46,562 bases of DNA, taken from positions 4,832,054-4,878,615 of the forward strand of contig NC_057720.1 in assembly GCF_004010195.1 (NCBI RefSeq), written 5' to 3'. The number at the start of each line of letters is the position of its first letter. The first letter of the stretch is position 1. A program made the position numbers and the translations under genes. The DNA is from Chiloscyllium plagiosum. Its lineage: Eukaryota. Below the pieces are notes generated by a model. The model did no database searches. It worked only from the letters and a program-made list of their open reading frames with translations, and was not told where the DNA came from. Shown here piece by piece: positions 45,438-46,562 of the stretch.

Positions 45438-46562
45438 TGTGTGTGTATATGTGTATACATCTGTGTGTGTGCGTGTGCGTATGTGTGTGTATAGGTGCTG
45501 TGTATGTGTGTGCACGTGTGTGTATATGTGCTGTGTGTATATGTGTATATGTGTATGTATGCGTGTGTGTGTATGTGCTGTGTGTGTATGTGCTGTGTGT
45601 GTATGCGTGTGTGTATATGTGTATATTTGCTGTGTGTATATGTGTATATGTGTATATGTGTGTGTGTATATGTGTGTGTGCGTTTGTGTGTATATGTGCT
45701 GTGCGTGTGTGCGCGTGTGTGTATATGTGCGTGTGTGTATACGTGCTGTGTGTTTCCACGTGTGTGTATATGTGTGTGTGTATGTGTGCTGTGTGTATGT
45801 CCGCGTGTGTATATGTGCTGTGTATATGTGTATATGTGTGTGTATATGTGTATGTGTGTGTGTATATGTGCTGTGCGTGTATATGTGTGTGTGTGTGTAT
45901 TGTGTGTGCTGTGTGTATGTCCGCGTGTGTATATGTGCTGTGTATATGTGTATATGTGTGTGTATATGTGTATGTGTGTGTGTATATGTGCTGTGCGTGT
46001 ATATGTGTGTGTGTGTGTATATGTGCTGTTTGTGTGCGCGTGTGTGTATGTGTGCTGTGTGTGTGCGCGCGTGTGTATATGTGCTGTGTATATGTGTATA
46101 TGTGTGTGTATATGTGTATGTGTGTGTGTATATGTGCTGTGCGTGTATATGTGTGTGTGTGTGTATATGTGCTGTTTGTGTGCGCGTGTGTGTATGTGTG
46201 CTGTGTGTGTGCGCGCGTGTGTATATGTGCTGTGTATATGTGTATATGTGTGTGTATATGTGTATGTGTGTGTGTATATGTGCTGTGCGTGTATATGTGT
46301 GTGTGTGTGTATATGTGCTGTTTGTGTGCGCGTGTGTGTATGTGTGCTGTGTGTGTGCGCGCGTGTGTATATGTGCTGTGTATATGTGTATATGTGTGTG
46401 TATATGTGTGCTATGTGTGTATATATATGCTGTGTATATATGTGTGTGTATATATGTGTGTGTATATGTGTATATGTATGTGTGTGTGTATATGTGTGTG
46501 TATATTTGTGCATGTGTATATCTGTATATGTGTATGTGTGTGTGTATATGTGCTGTGTGTGT
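45438..46562. repeat. Compound (TG/TA/CG)n microsatellite with higher-order repeats
   Basis: Alternating purine-pyrimidine tract; a 120-bp repeat (lines 45841 and 45961 identical) and a 146-bp periodicity (GCTGTTT at 46025, 46171, 46317). Confidence 0.95.

Noticed and set aside
41190..45440. Search for upstream DNase II exons (signal peptide, DWF..YKLP region)
   Set aside because: No matching frame with splice sites found; presumably beyond the window.
45377..46513. 378-aa His/Thr-rich ORF
   Set aside because: Translation of a (CA/TA)n microsatellite; not a gene.
1..46562. CRISPR array or prokaryotic system
   Set aside because: Recurrent short repeats are dispersed SINE/LINE/PLE fragments with no regular repeat-spacer pattern; the sequence is vertebrate with spliceosomal introns.

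Overview
Repeat-dense vertebrate genomic DNA. The HE1-type SINEs and HER1/CR1-type LINEs point to an elasmobranch (shark); this is inferred from recalled family sequences. There are two assembly gaps (3378-4311, 29669-30075). The only host gene I can support is a DNase II gene on the minus strand, closest to DNASE2B/DLAD. Its last four coding exons (41109-41187, 34047-34208, 25469-25666, 24191-24537) splice through canonical GT-AG sites into an uninterrupted 261-aa C-terminal region with both catalytic HxK motifs; the 5' exons lie beyond the right edge. Most of the rest is nested CR1 LINEs, tRNA-derived SINEs, Penelope-like elements (PLEs), a Rex1/Babar tail, two Tc1/mariner-type MITEs, a probable LTR and a terminal (TG/TA)n tract. 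The most notable hidden signal is a minimal type I hammerhead ribozyme motif (CUGANGA-A-stem II-GAAA-NN-UH) in the 3' termini of at least four PLE families, with covarying stems. Many short PLE copies start at this motif, and several are inserted as fold-back hairpins with target-site duplications, some in the DNase II introns and probable 3' UTR. Transposon boundaries are approximate unless a TSD is quoted.
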